Origin: Eledone cirrhosa
Taxonomy: Eukaryota
Direction: 5' to 3'
DNA: 64,000 bases
Assembly: GCA_964016885.1 (NCBI GenBank)
Contig: OZ024746.1
Location: forward strand, 23,002,001-23,066,000
Below are positions 45,853 through 60,830 of this stretch, in pieces; position 1 is the first letter of the stretch, and every line of letters begins with the position of its first letter. Made by a program: the position numbers and the translations under genes. Under the pieces are notes generated by a model. The model searched no databases, had not been told where the DNA came from, and worked only from the letters and a program-made list of their open reading frames with translations.

Positions 45853-46282
45853 TGAAAAACAAGGGAAGAGGAATACTGCGTGGTTGCACATGGGTTACAT
45901 ATTATAAAATTAGTCCCTCATCAGTGATTTGCCAACCATCATTGGTATTTCATCGCATTAAAAATCAGATACCTCAGGTTGGTGCGAGCAATAACTAAAA
46001 TAAGCTATTGGGACAAGTGAATCGCGTAAAGCGAGTGAGACAAGTAAACAACAAGAAGGAAAAGCAAACCGAAGGTCAGAAAACAGCAAGCAACATGGTT
46101 ATCCGGTCAGCATAAGCTGGGTGAATTTAATGACCGGTCAGAAAAACAGACCGTACGCCGTCAATGAGGTGTGAGAAAGAAGGAACCCCACTACTAACGA
46201 ACGGGAGGAAGTGAGAAGGGGAGAAACAGAGAGTGAGTGAGTGGAAGTGCGAGGAAGAGGTCAGTCGAGAGAAAGTGTAACT
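45851..46282 (-). mobile_element. Family C element
   Basis: Reverse-complement homolog of ~15282-15715. Confidence 0.8.
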
Positions 46283-46291
46283 ATATATATA

Positions 46292-46558
<267 letters not shown>

Positions 46559-46674
46559 TAGATCCCGAGTAAAATCGGGGGTTAAAAAAGCACTCAATAC
46601 AGTAGAGTGTAAGTATCATTATTGATGATTTCATGAAACTGTTCTAGTCCTGTAGAAACCGTTTCTATAGTAAA

Positions 46675-46737
<63 letters not shown>

Positions 46738-47074
46738 CTTCTTGAGAATTACATTAAGCGTACACATTAATTTCATGAAAAATTGGAACATTCATCAATG
46801 AAATATACGGAGGTCCATTCTATTATATGGTATATATATTATATGAGTTAATACAACACTATTGTAACAAACTGAGCAGATGTTTATGAACATGGAGAAA
46901 CTACATTGAATACTATTCAAATATATTCTATAATGACTTTTAGATGACATGGACAAAACTATTAGATAGAAATGATTTATTTAATAACATGGATTTTGTT
47001 TGTTTTCTTTTTTTGTTTTAATTATTTCTCCAAAATAAATCATCTTCGGATAATGGGAATCTAACGGAACCATC

Positions 47075-48231
47075 TATAAAAGACGTGATAGGTACAGGCT
47101 TGAATGTATGGTTTAAGTAGCAAAATGTGCAATATAAAAGACGTGATAGATACAGGCTTGAATGTATGGTTTAAGTAGCAAAATTTGCAATATAAAAGAC
47201 GTGATAGGTACAGGCTTGAATGTATGGTTTCAGTAGCAATATTTGCAATATAAAAGACGTGATAGATACAGGCTTGAATGTATGGTTTAAGTAGCAAAAT
47301 TTGCAATATAAAAGACGTGATAGATACAGGCTTGAATGTATGGTTTAAGTAGCAAAATTTGCAATATAAAAGACGTGATAGGTACAGGCTTGAATGTATG
47401 GTTTCAGTAGCAAAATTTGCAATATAAAAGACGTGATAGGTACAGGCTTGAATGTATGGTTTAAGTAGCAAAATTTGCAATATAAAAGACGTGATAGATA
47501 CAGGCTTGAATGTATGGTTTAAGTAGCAAAATGTGCAATATAAAAGACGTGATAGATACAGGCTTGAATGTATGGTTTAAGTAGCAAAATTTGCAATATA
47601 AAAGACGTGATAGGTACAGGCTTGAATGTATGGTTTAAGTAGCAAAATTTGCAATATAAAAGACGTGATAGATACAGGCTTGAATGTATGGTTTAAGTAG
47701 CAAAATTTGCAATATAAAAGAAGTGATAGGTACAGGCTTGAATGTATGGTTTAAGTAGCAAAATGTGCAATATAAAAGACGTGATAGATACAGGCTTGAA
47801 TGTATGGTTTAAGTAGCAAAATTTGCAATATAAAAGACGTGATAGATACAGGCTTGAATGTATGGTTTAAGTAGCAAAATGTGCAATATAAAAGACGTGA
47901 TAGGTACAGGCTTGAATGTATGGTTTAAGTAGCAAAATGTGCAATATAAAAGACGTGATAGATACAGGCTTGAATGTATGGTTTAAGTAGCAAAATGTGC
48001 AATATAAAAGACGTGATAGATACAGGCTTGAATGTATGGTTTAAGTAGCAAAATGTGCAATATAAAAGACGTGATAGATACAGGCTTGAATGTATGGTTT
48101 AAGTAGCAAAATGTGCAATATAAAAGACGTGATAGGTACAGGCTTGAATGTATGGTTTAAGTAGCAAAATGTGCAATATAAAAGACGTGATAGATACAGG
48201 CTTGAATGTATGGTTTAAGTAGCAATATTTG
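47075..48231. repeat. 58-bp minisatellite, 20 copies
   Basis: ATAAAAGACGTGATAG(A/G)TACAGGCTTGAATGTATGGTTTAAGTAGCAAAAT(T/G)TGCAAT; AGACG at 47081, 47139 ... 48183. Confidence 0.95.
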
Positions 48232-48379
48232 TAAGCAACTGATCCCGAGCTTAATCACATTAAACAAGTGTCTTCTCCCCGTAGTGACCAGTTGACAAAT
48301 GGAATAGAGTTTGGAAAACGAAGAACGACTACAGAAACCAATCCTCTGTGTGTGTGTGTGTGTGTGTGTTTATGCGGTG

Positions 48380-48410
<31 letters not shown>

Positions 48411-48472
48411 GTGTGTGTGTGTGTTTATACGGTGTGTGTGTGTGTGTGTTTATGCAGTGTGTGTGTGTGTGT

Positions 48473-48513
<41 letters not shown>

Positions 48514-48558
48514 TGTGTGTGTGTGTGCGGGTGTTTATGCGGTGTGTGTGGGGGTGTG

Positions 48559-48617
<59 letters not shown>

Positions 48618-48756
48618 GCTACAAAAGAATGAAAAGTGAAATCAACTTAATGTGGAATTCGCAAATATTTCTATTCATATTTTGACTTATCCTTGCATTA
48701 TATTTTGAAAGGTTATACGCACGCACACATACACACACATATATATATGTATACAT

Positions 48757-48790
<34 letters not shown>

Positions 48791-48798
48791 GTATACAT

Positions 48799-48841
<43 letters not shown>

Positions 48842-49138
48842 TGCATACGTATATACATGCATATATACATGCATACATACATATATATATATATATACAT
48901 GTATGTATGCATACACATATATATACATATAAATATATACATACATATATACATACATATATATATATACATACATATATATATATATATATACATACAT
49001 ATATACATGTATGTATACATACACATATATATACATATAAATATATACATACATATATACATACATATATATATACATACATATATATATATATATATAT
49101 AATATAAGATCAAAAGATGGTTAAAGGAGTTCAATATA

Positions 49139-49205
49139 TTTTATTATGCGCATTTCAAAAACAAACATCATCAAACAATAATATTTGTGTTTTCATCAGA
49201 TAAAA
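49139..49205 (-). ncRNA. Type I hammerhead at the PLE 3' end
   Basis: TTTTAT-CTGATGA-(long AU/GU stem II)-GAAA-TGCGCA-TA-ATAAAA; palindromic stem III, AUA site. Confidence 0.8.
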
Positions 49206-50450
49206 CAGGAGAACATGATATGAAGGCTAAAAAAACACTTGTTGATAGTGCAGTTTTAAATCAACATATGAAAAGTGGTTTTAGATTGATGTGTGATATT
49301 GGGAAAAATATTTTATTTAGAGAGGGGGGGAGAGAAAAGGATGAAAAGGGAAGGAGATGAGAGGGAGAGATGGTTGATAGAGAGAAAGAGATAGTTTTTA
49401 TAACTGAGAGGAGATATATTTTATATAGAGGGGTTGAAAACCGTTGGAAGATACTGTATAAATTAAAAATTTTGAAAATTAACGAAGGGAGGATATGTGC
49501 GAGGAAAAAATATATTATATTTAGGGAGGGATGGGGGTGGAAAGGATGAAAAAAAAGGGGAGGAGATGAGAGTGAAGGTGGAAAGGGAGAGATGGGTGAT
49601 AGAGAGAAAGAGATAGTTTTTATAACTGAGAAAAAGATATAATGTTTTAATATAGAGAGGTTGGGAACCGTTGGAAGATAATGTATAAATTAAAGGAATT
49701 TGAAAATTAACGAAGGGAAATTATGTATGGAGATAGAGAGAAAAAAAAAATAACGAAGGGAAATTATGTATGGAGATAGAGAGAAAAAAATAATAATTGT
49801 GGGTGAATATTCTAACGTCAAAAGAAGAAATGTAGGAATTTTAAAATTAGCAAATAGAAAAAGTTTATGTGTAGAAGGATTTGAGAAAAATAATGTGAAG
49901 TTAAAGTTTTTATATTGAATTCATATGTATTAATAATGAGTTCGTTGATGGGGAGAAAAAAATAATAATAAATTAAGGATGAAATTGAGATTAAAAAGAT
50001 TTATGATAGAGAGAAAAAATAATAATGATTGCGGATGAATACTCAAAATGTCAAAAACAAATGTTATTGTTTTACGAGGAGATATAATGAGGGTGATGAG
50101 TAAACGGGTATTATAGAGTGTATAATGCCCTTTAAAGTAAGGTAGATGGGTATATTTTAAAGAATATATGAGTATATATTAAAAAAAATATATAATAATA
50201 AATTAAGGATGAAATTGAGATTAAAAAGATTTATGATAGAGGGAAAAAAAATAATAATGATTGCGGATGAATATTCAAAATGTCAAAAACAAATGTTATT
50301 GTTTTACGAGAAGATAGGATGAGGGTAATAAGTAAACGAGTATTATAGAGTGTATAATGCCCTTTAAAGTAAGGTAGATGGGTATATTTTAAAGAGGTGT
50401 ATGTATATGTGCCTTTGAGAAAAGATTCTAAATTGATAAAGAATTGAATA

Positions 50451-52136
50451 TTAACTGTATACTTTGTGAAAAGTTCTATGGAATTTATGCAGGCAGATGG
50501 AAAACAAATCCGAGCGTCTATTTATTATGGATTCTAGGTTAGAGATAATGGTAAATTTTTCATTTAGGAAGAGATTACAGATTTTAGATAGAGAGCTGTT
50601 CAAGTACGAGGATGCAGAAGAAATCTTTTTCCAAAAAATGTTATATTTAATGTTTTTGTCTTTTAAGGACCATATGAGTTCTGAGAGAGCAGTGTTAGTT
50701 CTTTTAAGTTTGTATTTGAAAGATGAATGATGATTATAGAGACGAGCTTTAAAAGAGGTGGAAGTGGAGCCAAAATAGGTGAAGGAATTGGTGCTAGTTA
50801 TAATTTTACATTCATAAATTAAGTTTTTATCGAGGCAATGGTTGTTGAGAGGACATTTATTTTTAATGCGGCAGTTGCAATTAGAGAGATTATTAATGAG
50901 TGATCTAGTGTTATCTATAGAAGGAATTGGATTGGAGAAGTTGTTTGCGATAGGAATAATAGGAATAATAGTTTCTTGATTTAGAGTTGGATTATGAACA
51001 TTTAGCGAAGTTGTGTTTGACGTTGCATTTGGGTTTACAGAAGTTAGCCTAGGGTTTACAATGACGTCAGGAGTACTATTATTGTTATTATGAGATTCAA
51101 TATTGGAAGGAAGAGATTTAGTATTTAATATTTTGTTGTTGTGTTTAGAGATGATGTTGGAAATATTGGAGGATGTAGAATACGAAAATTTGATGGTGTG
51201 TTTGTTAAATATTTTACTATAGATATGTGAGGGAGGGAAGCATTTATTTAAGGCACTAAAAAATAATTTAGGAATATTGTTATTAATAGAGATGGAGAAA
51301 GGAGCATTATACCAGATTATGTTTTTGTATCTAGGTCTTTTATTAAAATTATTGGAATGGTTATGATTAAGTATTCTACTGTAAGTTTTCCTAGAATTTG
51401 TTTCTTTATTATATTTGATTTTATCTGGATAGCCGGCTTTAGAAAGTGCGTTATTATAGTAATTGGCGTTAGCATCAAAGATGTTTTTATTAGAAGATAT
51501 GTTAGATATTCTATTTCCAATATTATTAACTATAGCATTCTTGATATTGGTAGGATGGTTAGATTTAAAGTTAACATAATTAAGATTCTCATTGTTTTTA
51601 TGGTAAGGGTAATATAGGCCAGTGTCAAGATTAAGAGATACATCCAAGAAATTAGCTAGTTTGGTACTATTATCAAATTCAATTTTTAGGTTATGTTGGT
51701 TAAAGAGATTACGTATATTGTTCTTAATAATATTAAGTTTAACTATATTGCAATTTAGGATAGTAAAGAGTCCATCGTCACGATAAATTCCACCGCGAAG
51801 TTGAGGAATTTTCCGACTCAAAGAGTTCAAAATGAAGATACCAATTAAATCAGTCAATTGGGATGAATCGGATGCTCCCATTGTGATGTCGAAGTTGTTA
51901 GAGGTATCGGCTCTGGTCCAATATTCGTTGTTGAACTCTAGGATGGTTTTACGTGCGGTGAGGATGATGTGAAGTTCATCTGTGGTGATGTCAGAATATT
52001 TAAGTGCGAAAGATAGAGCATTATTGAGAAGTGAAGGCGAAATGGAGGAATAGTAGCTGGCAATATCGAATTGAATAAATTTTAGTTTGTTTTTATTATC
52101 CAATTTGTTGAACCAGCCAATCACTTCAGAAGTACC
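50451..52136 (-). CDS. PLE reverse transcriptase + GIY-YIG endonuclease (N-terminally truncated, ~560 aa open)
   Basis: [27 protein letters not shown] and FLDV RT motifs; CNC..CPL..C linker; [16 protein letters not shown] endonuclease. The N-terminus given in the ORF track is microsatellite read-through. Confidence 0.92.
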   Translation of the reverse strand, partial: GTSEVIGWFNKLDNKNKLKFIQFDIASYYSSISPSLLNNALSFALKYSDITTDELHIILTARKTILEFNNEYWTRADTSNNFDITMGASDSSQLTDLIGIFILNSLSRKIPQLRGGIYRDDGLFTILNCNIVKLNIIKNNIRNLFNQHNLKIEFDNSTKLANFLDVSLNLDTGLYYPYHKNNENLNYVNFKSNHPTNIKNAIVNNIGNRISNISSNKNIFDANANYYNNALSKAGYPDKIKYNKETNSRKTYSRILNHNHSNNFNKRPRYKNIIWYNAPFSISINNNIPKLFFSALNKCFPPSHIYSKIFNKHTIKFSYSTSSNISNIISKHNNKILNTKSLPSNIESHNNNNSTPDVIVNPRLTSVNPNATSNTTSLNVHNPTLNQETIIPIIPIANNFSNPIPSIDNTRSLINNLSNCNCRIKNKCPLNNHCLDKNLIYECKIITSTNSFTYFGSTSTSFKARLYNHHSSFKYKLKRTNTALSELIWSLKDKNIKYNIFWKKISSASSYLNSSLSKICNLFLNEKFTIISNLESIINRRSDLFSICLHKFHRTFHKVYS

Positions 52137-52150
52137 ATATATATACATAC

Positions 52151-52190
<40 letters not shown>

Positions 52191-52262
52191 ATACATATAT
52201 ATATACATACATATATATATACATACATATATATATACATACATATATATATACATACATAA

Positions 52263-52296
<34 letters not shown>

Positions 52297-52470
52297 ATAT
52301 ATACATATATATATACATACATATATACATACATATATATACATACATACATATATATACATACATATATACATGCATACATATATACATGCATACATAT
52401 ATACATGCATACATATATATATATATAAATACATACATATATACATAAATATATATATACATACATATAT

Positions 52471-53427
52471 AACTAGACATGAAAAATGCGCAAGCTCAAA
52501 AGTGCCACAGAATGTTATAATAAACCTTCAAAAGTGTGGGACTAGAGTTGTTGCTAAAAAATATTGTAATCATTATATATCGTACATTCTGTGGCATCCT
52601 TTATAAAAATAGCTTAAACCAACGAAGCCTTTATTTTTACGCTATTTCACTTAGTTAATTCTTAGAGTGTAACATAAAAATATGATTTACAACTATAAAA
52701 TAAATTAATTAATATAATAACAGAGCTGCGGAGCTGAAATTTAGGAAATAATGGAGTATCGGATCCTGAGTTGGAGCCAGTCAATTTTTGACCGACTCCG
52801 CAGCCCTGTATAATACATTTCATATTAAAGTTATTAATAAACCTATTTTACACTTCATGCAAATTACCACGAGATATTGATATTAGATATAAGATACAGC
52901 GCAATATCTACAGCTGTAACAGTACGAAAGCGAAGTAATAATAAGTGGCTTAAGGTAATTCCAATATGAAAGTTTGTAGTGATAAAAATTTGATAATGCA
53001 ATACGATTGTTAATATTATAGTTCTATGAAAATGTAACAATAGATAACTAAATTATTTTACTATTAGTATATTTAAGAAATTATCATTATAGATTTGATC
53101 GTTCATATAAGCATCATATTAAGTTTCAACACAATTATTTTGTTACTATGAGTATATGATAATAATATTACGTAATTATTTATAGCTGTTATTACATTAA
53201 ACATAGATGTATTTATTTTTATATGTTACACTCTAAGAATTAACTAAGTGAAATAGCGTAAAAATAAAGGCTTCGTTGGTTTAAGCTATTTTTATAAAGG
53301 ATGCCACAGAATGTACGATATATAATGATTACAATATTTTTTAGCAACAACTCTAGTCCCACACTTTTGAAGGTTTATTATAACATTCTGTGGCACTTTT
53401 GAGCTTGCGCATTTTTCATGTCTAGTT
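52471..53427. mobile_element. 957-bp non-autonomous element with 206-bp TIRs
   Basis: 52471-52676 is the reverse complement of 53222-53427, with no mismatch seen by eye. Confidence 0.9.
52721..52808. mobile_element. Nested hAT-like MITE
   Basis: CAGAGCTGCGGAG ... CTCCGCAGCCCTG ends with 8-bp flanks TATAATAA / TATAATAC. Confidence 0.6.
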
Positions 53428-54540
53428 TAATATTTTTTTAAGGCAACGCTTGTAATAACTCTAGTTAAACAGGATATATATTAATAATAAATTATCGTTG
53501 TAATGTAATTAGATTATGTAATTGTTATTATAAATTATCTTATAAATATTAGTGTAAGATGTATAAAAATATTTTCAGACTTTTAATATAAACAACTACA
53601 AAAAACAATCAATATTAAATCAATATATTATACATAATAGAAAACATAAAATATACAATACAAAAACAAAATATTTACATACATTTGCAATTATCAGTGT
53701 ATATACATTTTCTTTATATTCCCTGAGCAAATTAATAAGATTTGTTTTTATTGTACATAATTTGATGACTTGTTGGAGTGTATTAAAAGATAGCAACAAT
53801 TTGTAATTAAATTGTTATCTTAAGCAACTCACTTTTTAATAGTTGTTGGCTGAGCGAAATTGTAAAAGCCTATGAGCAAATATAAAAAAAAATACACAAA
53901 CAACATTTCCTTGTGTTATTACAACATTAGATAAAATAATTGAGCAATGTCGTTATATTTTGCTCTTATTGCACATTAATAGTGTTTCTATTTTTCGGCA
54001 CAAATCCATTACGGCAGTCCATTACTGGTACTTTATTTTATCGAATTAGTAAGTATGAAAGTCGAAGTTAACCTCGGCAGGAATTGAACTTAGAATGCAA
54101 AGGACCATAACAATACTGCAAAGCATGGTGTCTGACGCTCTACCAATACTTGTGTTGAGCTGGTCATTAATTTATGGTGGTCGTGCGTGAAGTAGAGCAA
54201 TCGCTAGTTGAAATATTATGAACAAAACATTTTTATTTGCCGAAGAACATATTTTCAATACTGTTTGTGAATGTGACGAAGGAAATACATTCTGATATGG
54301 AACAGTGTACAAAGTGTGTCTGTGAATAACATAATGTTACCTCATGTTGTTGTCAAGACATAATGGATTTCGTTTATCCAGTTAGAAGATGAAACCTAGC
54401 CATCTCGGATTAGTTATATTTCATGCCATGTGTAAACGTGTTTGAGGATAGCAAAATATGCGCGTTAATTATAATAATTAGTTAATAATATTACAAAATA
54501 TACCTAATTAAACTCTTTGCTTGAAATTTTATCATTCTTC

Positions 54541-54659
<119 letters not shown>

Positions 54660-56001
54660 TCTAGTCCTTCGCTCAAGATTAATCTATAAGTTTAGATGTT
54701 TGCCTTCGTTTAAGTAAATATTACAGTAAGATTTTTAATATAAACAACTACAAAAAACAATTAATATTAAAACGAAAAAATTATCAATGATAAAAGAAGC
54801 GGATGCAACTTTTTTTTTTATAAAGTTATATTCCTGTTTCTTTAAAGAACATTTCATTTTTGTTCTATTGTAGGCGAAATAATGCAATGGTTTAATAGGG
54901 AAGATATAACTTACGAATTATGTCTCTAACCGTGTAACGCTTTTTAAGTAGATAACTACAATTGAAAATACTAAAGAAATGGAACCAACAATTCAATTTG
55001 AAAGTCGTCTAGTGACAGTGTATTACTGGTACTTTATTTTATCGACCCCGTAACGATGAAAGGCAAAAATGCAAATGCTTAAAATTTAAATTGCCTTAAT
55101 TCTATCGTCTGCTGTTTCATTAAAGGGAGATTATCGTCTGTATTTAATTCTATCGTCTACTGTTCCACTAAACAGATATACCTCCACTATCGTCTCTATT
55201 TATACATTTTAACTTATAACTTATACACATTTGATTTGAAATATTTTATCTAGTCCCCCCTCTCAATATTATGATGATTTCTTTCGAATGAAACAGTTCT
55301 AGTCCTGTAGAAGCCATTTATATATATAATTGAACTGAGTTAAAAATTCACAATATTTATAATTAAATAAGCTCATATATATATGTGTGTATTTATCTGT
55401 TTATTGTATTATATATAATGTGTGTATATACAGGATGTCCCCCAAAAATATATACACACTTCAACAGCATTCTAATAACTATTGCCTGTACAGGTAATCA
55501 AAGTGTCAATCGAATGTTAGTTTCGTGTTTTAACAGTACAAATTTACAATACACACATAAAACCAGTGTATATACATACATGAATGTGTATACACATACA
55601 TGAATGTGTATATACAATATATATGTATATATATATAGACACATATATTCACGGTGCAACGGTACATTAAAATATAGATGCGGGAGAGGGGGGTGTATAT
55701 ATAGGGGCGCTGGGGATAAAGGAGTGTAAAGCGTGTGTAATTGATATATTGAAGGAGAGGAGCGTGCAGCGATAGAGTAACAAATATATAGAGAGGGGGA
55801 GAGATGGTATTGAAGGGGAGGAGTGCAAAGCGAAAGAGTAAGAGATATATATAGAGACGGAACAGATAGAGAGAAACAGGCGTAAGTAACAGTGGAAGAG
55901 ATATAGAGAGAGGTACTCTGATTGGTTGAAAATTAGCCAATGACATACGATCACCACCACCACGGCTATCCCCGAAAAATTTTTAAAGAAGCTAGGCATA
56001 T

Positions 56002-56056
56002 ATGTTAGAACACGAAAAGTGAACATTCTGTGTTTCACACTTTTCGTGTTCTAACA
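56002..56056. repeat. 19-bp-arm hairpin terminating a GA-rich element
   Basis: TGTTAGAACACGAAAAGTG ... CACTTTTCGTGTTCTAACA. Confidence 0.75.
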
Positions 56057-56312
56057 GATATATATAAATACACACACACATATGGATATAAATACACACA
56101 CACATATACATATATATATTATATATATATATATATTATAAAACAAATTGGGTATAATAACAGTTTCTTACCAAATGTGAAGAAGCTTTATGATATATTA
56201 ACCAGTTAAGGAAGAATACAGAGCATTTTTTTCAAATCAATTGGCAGCCAAACATCTACTTCAAATCATTTTATTATTGTTCAATCGTGTTTCAGCTAAA
56301 ATATTAACATAT

Positions 56313-56952
56313 AATTGTTTCTACTTTAGGCACAAGGCCAGCAATAACCCAGTGCATTACTGGTACTTTATTTTATCGACCCCGTAAGGATGAAAGGCAA
56401 AGTCAACCATGGCGGGATTTGAACTCAGAACGTAAAAGGACGTAACTATGCTGGAAAGCATGGCGTCCGACCCTCTACCGATACTGCCAATCCACCACCC
56501 TTATAATAACAATAATAATAATGTTTACTGATTTAGGCACAAGCCCAGCAATTTTTGTGGGTGAGGGAAAGTCGATCATATCGACTCAGTTCATTACTGG
56601 TACTATATTTTATCAACCCCATCAGGATGAAAGGCAAAGCTAACCTCGCCGGGATTTGAACTCAGATCGTAAAGGGCCGTAATTCTATGCCACGAAGCAG
56701 GGCGTCCGACGCTCTACTAATACTGCCAATCTACCGGTTCAACAACAACAACAACAATAATAATTATTATTTCTACTTTAGGCACAAGGCCAGCAATTAC
56801 CCAGTGCATTACTGGTACTTTATTTTATCGACCCCGTAAGGATGAAAGGCAAAGTCAACCTCGGCGGGATTTGAACTCAGATCGTAAAGGGACGTAACTA
56901 TGCTGGAAAGCATGGCGTCCGACCCTCTACCGATACTGCCAATCCACCGCCC
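56313..56952 (-). mobile_element. Three tandem family S SINEs
   Basis: Three near-complete copies separated by (AAT/AAC)n tails. Confidence 0.9.
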
Positions 56953-57347
56953 TATATTAACATATAATACATGAGTATCGTCAGAGCATTATTTCAGGAT
57001 TTGGATGATGAGAGTCGCAAAGAAACACAAGAATAATATAGACAGACAGACAGACAAACAGACAGATATACAGAGAGGCAGATATACAGACAGGCAGATA
57101 TACAGACAGGCAGACACATATAAATAGATAGATAGACTGATATATAGATAGATAGACTGACAGACATATAGATATACAGAGAGGCAGATATACAGACAGG
57201 CAGACACATATAAATAGATAGATAGACTGATATATAGATAGATAGACTGACAGACATATAGTTAGATAGACAGGCATATAGATTGACAGACATACATACA
57301 TACATACAGACAGACAGACAAATAGATAGACAGATAGATAGATAGAC

Positions 57348-57395
<48 letters not shown>

Positions 57396-57545
57396 TTCTT
57401 TATTTACCATAAAGGCATAAAAAGAAGGGACAAATACAAAGGGGGAGTTTACATACAATCGAGTAAAAAGGGTGTAACATGAAAATAATCGAAAATAACC
57501 TCAAAAGGGAGGGGACGTGATGGGGGTTGCACACACCCTACAGAC

Positions 57546-57590
<45 letters not shown>

Positions 57591-57888
57591 CACACACTTA
57601 CTATTAGCTGTGCCTCGTCTCAAAGCAATCACAGCCACAATAAATGACATTTAGATGTTGATTCGCAAACGTTGCTTCTACTATCATGTTGTTGTGAAAC
57701 ATGTTATTGTGTAGATTGCCATTTTAAGATAAGATAATAATCAGACATTCAAACTTATACATAAGATATGTCATTAACAGAATCAGCCATGTTGTAATAG
57801 TTGACAATGGACGAGAGACGCCATGTTTAATTTTAGTTTACCAAATAGAGGTTTGTTTGCTTTTAATCTATTATATATACATACATAG

Positions 57889-58072
57889 ATGGATTGGCAG
57901 TATCGGTAGAGTCTGACGCCATGCTTTGCAGCAAAGAGTTACGTCCCTTTATGATCTGAGTTCAAATCCCGCCGAGGTTAACTTTGCCTTTCATCCTGAC
58001 GGGGTCGATAAAATAAAGTACCAGTAATGGACTGGGTAATTGCTGACCTTGTGCCAAAAAGTAGAATCAATT
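57889..58072 (+). mobile_element. Family S SINE
   Basis: Consensus match. Confidence 0.85.
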
Positions 58073-58081
58073 ATATATATA

Positions 58082-58350
58082 CTCCCTCGAGCCTTTGCCC
58101 TTCTAAAATCCCGGAGAGCTCAATTTGCTGGCCACTGTCACCGTGCCAGCAATGAAATCATATCCGCTCTCTTGCTCTGGAACCCTGACTCCAGCTTGAC
58201 TAGGAGTAGGAAGCTGTCATTCCCTGACGTTATCTCTAGGGATACGGGAATCAGCAGACAGGACCTGAGGGCAGCGATGGGGGACAGGGGATTCTGGGGC
58301 ATGAGAGTGAGATTCATCATCTCGACAGTAGTCGACGAGTGATGATGTGA
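58082..58350 (+). mobile_element. RTE/RTE-X-like LINE 3' end
   Basis: SRRAQFAGHCHR..LLLWNP..RDTG..AMGDRGFW, then stop and a (TGA)n tail. Confidence 0.75.
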
Positions 58351-58437
58351 TATATATATACATACACTAATTTAAGTTATCACAACTTATATAATATGTA
58401 TGATGGTTATGATATCGTTTAATTTGAATATATATAC

Positions 58438-58469
<32 letters not shown>

Positions 58470-59978
58470 ATTTTACTTGGCTGGGGCCATGCTGGGGCAC
58501 CGCCATTGATGCTACACTTTCTATATACAGCCTTACCTGGCTAGCCAATGATGCAAAGGGATTTTGTTGCTGCTGCCCTTATTTGCGCTTCGCTGTAGGT
58601 ATCAACGTGCAAGTGAATGAAAATGTGGGTGCAAGCATAATAGTTTGATTAAAATATTAAATTCATAATCGTGCCGTTCCAATTTCCATTCAATTGCATG
58701 ACATCTTTGTCAAGTGTCTTCTACTCTAATTACGATTTTATCAGAAAGTGGTTGGCGGAAATTATCTGAAAATCCGCTGAAAGGACCATTCTATTGTTGC
58801 CTTATAGATATAATTCATAAATCTCGGAGAACTCGAGAATGGTCATGGTTTTAGCCCTACCTCATATGACAAAGCAATAAATAAAAAATCAGATATAAGG
58901 ATGATAAACCGATTACCTGCAAAGCGTTGCCCCAGCATGACCGCAGTTTAATGTCCAGTAAAAGAATAAAAGAATACAATGAAATACTTTGCAATAGAGA
59001 CCAACAATTGAATAGAAATTGTAAGGGTTTCTGCTATAAAAGAGTTATCCAGTTTGTATCTAGTCTAATTATCTAAGGAAACATTATTCGTTGGTCCTGT
59101 TGCTTCAATTGTCATTATCTTTCTTCTGTCAATAGCTTCAAAATTAAATCCGGATTATTCTACTTATATTCTTTTTATAAGATATCTCTCGGAATGTGTG
59201 AACGAAAGAAACTCTTGAAAGATTCCTGATTAATGCCTATACAAGGCTAACAGATTGGATTATTTACGACATAATGGTATTGATTTTATTGCATTTTATG
59301 TCCCACTAAATACACAAAGAACTGCAAAGGCGAAATTCCGGCTATAAGCAAAGCTTAAGTTTTTCTTCACCGCTCTAAAAATCCACACCGTACCGAAAAT
59401 GCGAACCGCAATCATACATCAGTGATTTCATAAATGACAACGTCCTTGGCACTTGAGAAAGGTTTCAGAATATAGGAAGTTTATCTTGAGAGTAGAAAAT
59501 ATCATGATCTGCTAAGAGGGTTTAGTAATCGCAAAAGATTATGTGATAAACAGATATTTACAACCAAAAACACATTGAAAAAAATATATATATTTAAAAA
59601 CTAATGTGCGTTTCTTGAAATGTCACAAAATTTTCTTATACTTAAAGGTCGAACTGAGATTAAACTTCGACTAGCATTCCAAAATATCAGTGTATATAGT
59701 CGTCCATATATACACACTTGAATATTCTAGATATACACAGATACTATATACATGCACACACACACTGGGAGCGGGGGAGAGGGGCACAGAGAAATGCAAT
59801 ATGAATATATATATATATATATATATCGTTAAAAAGTGAAGGTGAAAATGTACAGAAGTATATTTAATGATTATTTTTTCTTTAATCCCAGATAGGCTGA
59901 CTATGAAGGAGTGCAATACAAATGCATTCACTGTCAGGTTACTTATGACTCATCTGGTATATATACACACACACTCAC

Positions 59979-60009
<31 letters not shown>

Positions 60010-60013
60010 CACG

Positions 60014-60098
<85 letters not shown>

Positions 60099-60780
60099 GC
60101 ACACATACACATACACAAAAATATATATATATTTAATAACACATTTACTAAATATACGATATAGTATTACTTCCACTCGGCCTTAAATACCATTATTTTC
60201 ACCATCGTTGAATGAGAATGGATTTCTTTTGCGTTCGGAAATAATAAGATAAAGGCCTGTTGACAACAATATCTTGATAGGCAGCAGGTCCAGTCACTAG
60301 CTCACTGACCTTTTATGCCTTTATATAATGAGATGTCGATATGGTATCGTTAATGGTTTTACAGAAGAAACCAGGCATGTGATTTAAGCTGGCGTGAAAT
60401 CTCGTTCTGACAAATCACATAAAGAAAAGGATCCCGAAAAAATAAAAAAGGAACTATTCTAATTTGATTTTAAGAAAAACATTCTATTGTTGGTTCTAGT
60501 CATTAAACTGTGGTCATGTGGGAGCACTGTCTTTAATCGATAATATTTTTTCCTAGACTGTGTGGTGCGTTGTGTCCTTGAACAAAACACTTCATTTCAC
60601 GTTGTTTCTGTACACTCAGTTGAAAATGCGTAACTGGGAGTTAACTCTGCGATAAACAGGCTTCCTGTCCAGGAGTGTGGAGATGTTTTGTACTCTTAGT
60701 CGCTTAACTCCAAAAGAATGCCATAGTAGAGATAAATATATATTTTAGAGAAACGCCAGAGTAACAAGACTCATCAGTGC

Positions 60781-60830
<50 letters not shown>

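Larger units (their letters stand above)
49100..52136 (-). mobile_element. 5'-truncated Penelope-like retrotransposon (Naiad-type) in TA/CATA microsatellite
   Basis: RT+GIY-YIG ORF, ~1.3-kb 3' UTR with internal duplications, terminal hammerhead, microsatellite on both flanks. Confidence 0.9.

Noticed and set aside
47075-48231. CRISPR-like regular array
   Set aside because: Contiguous tandem units with no unique spacers, no cas genes, eukaryotic context.
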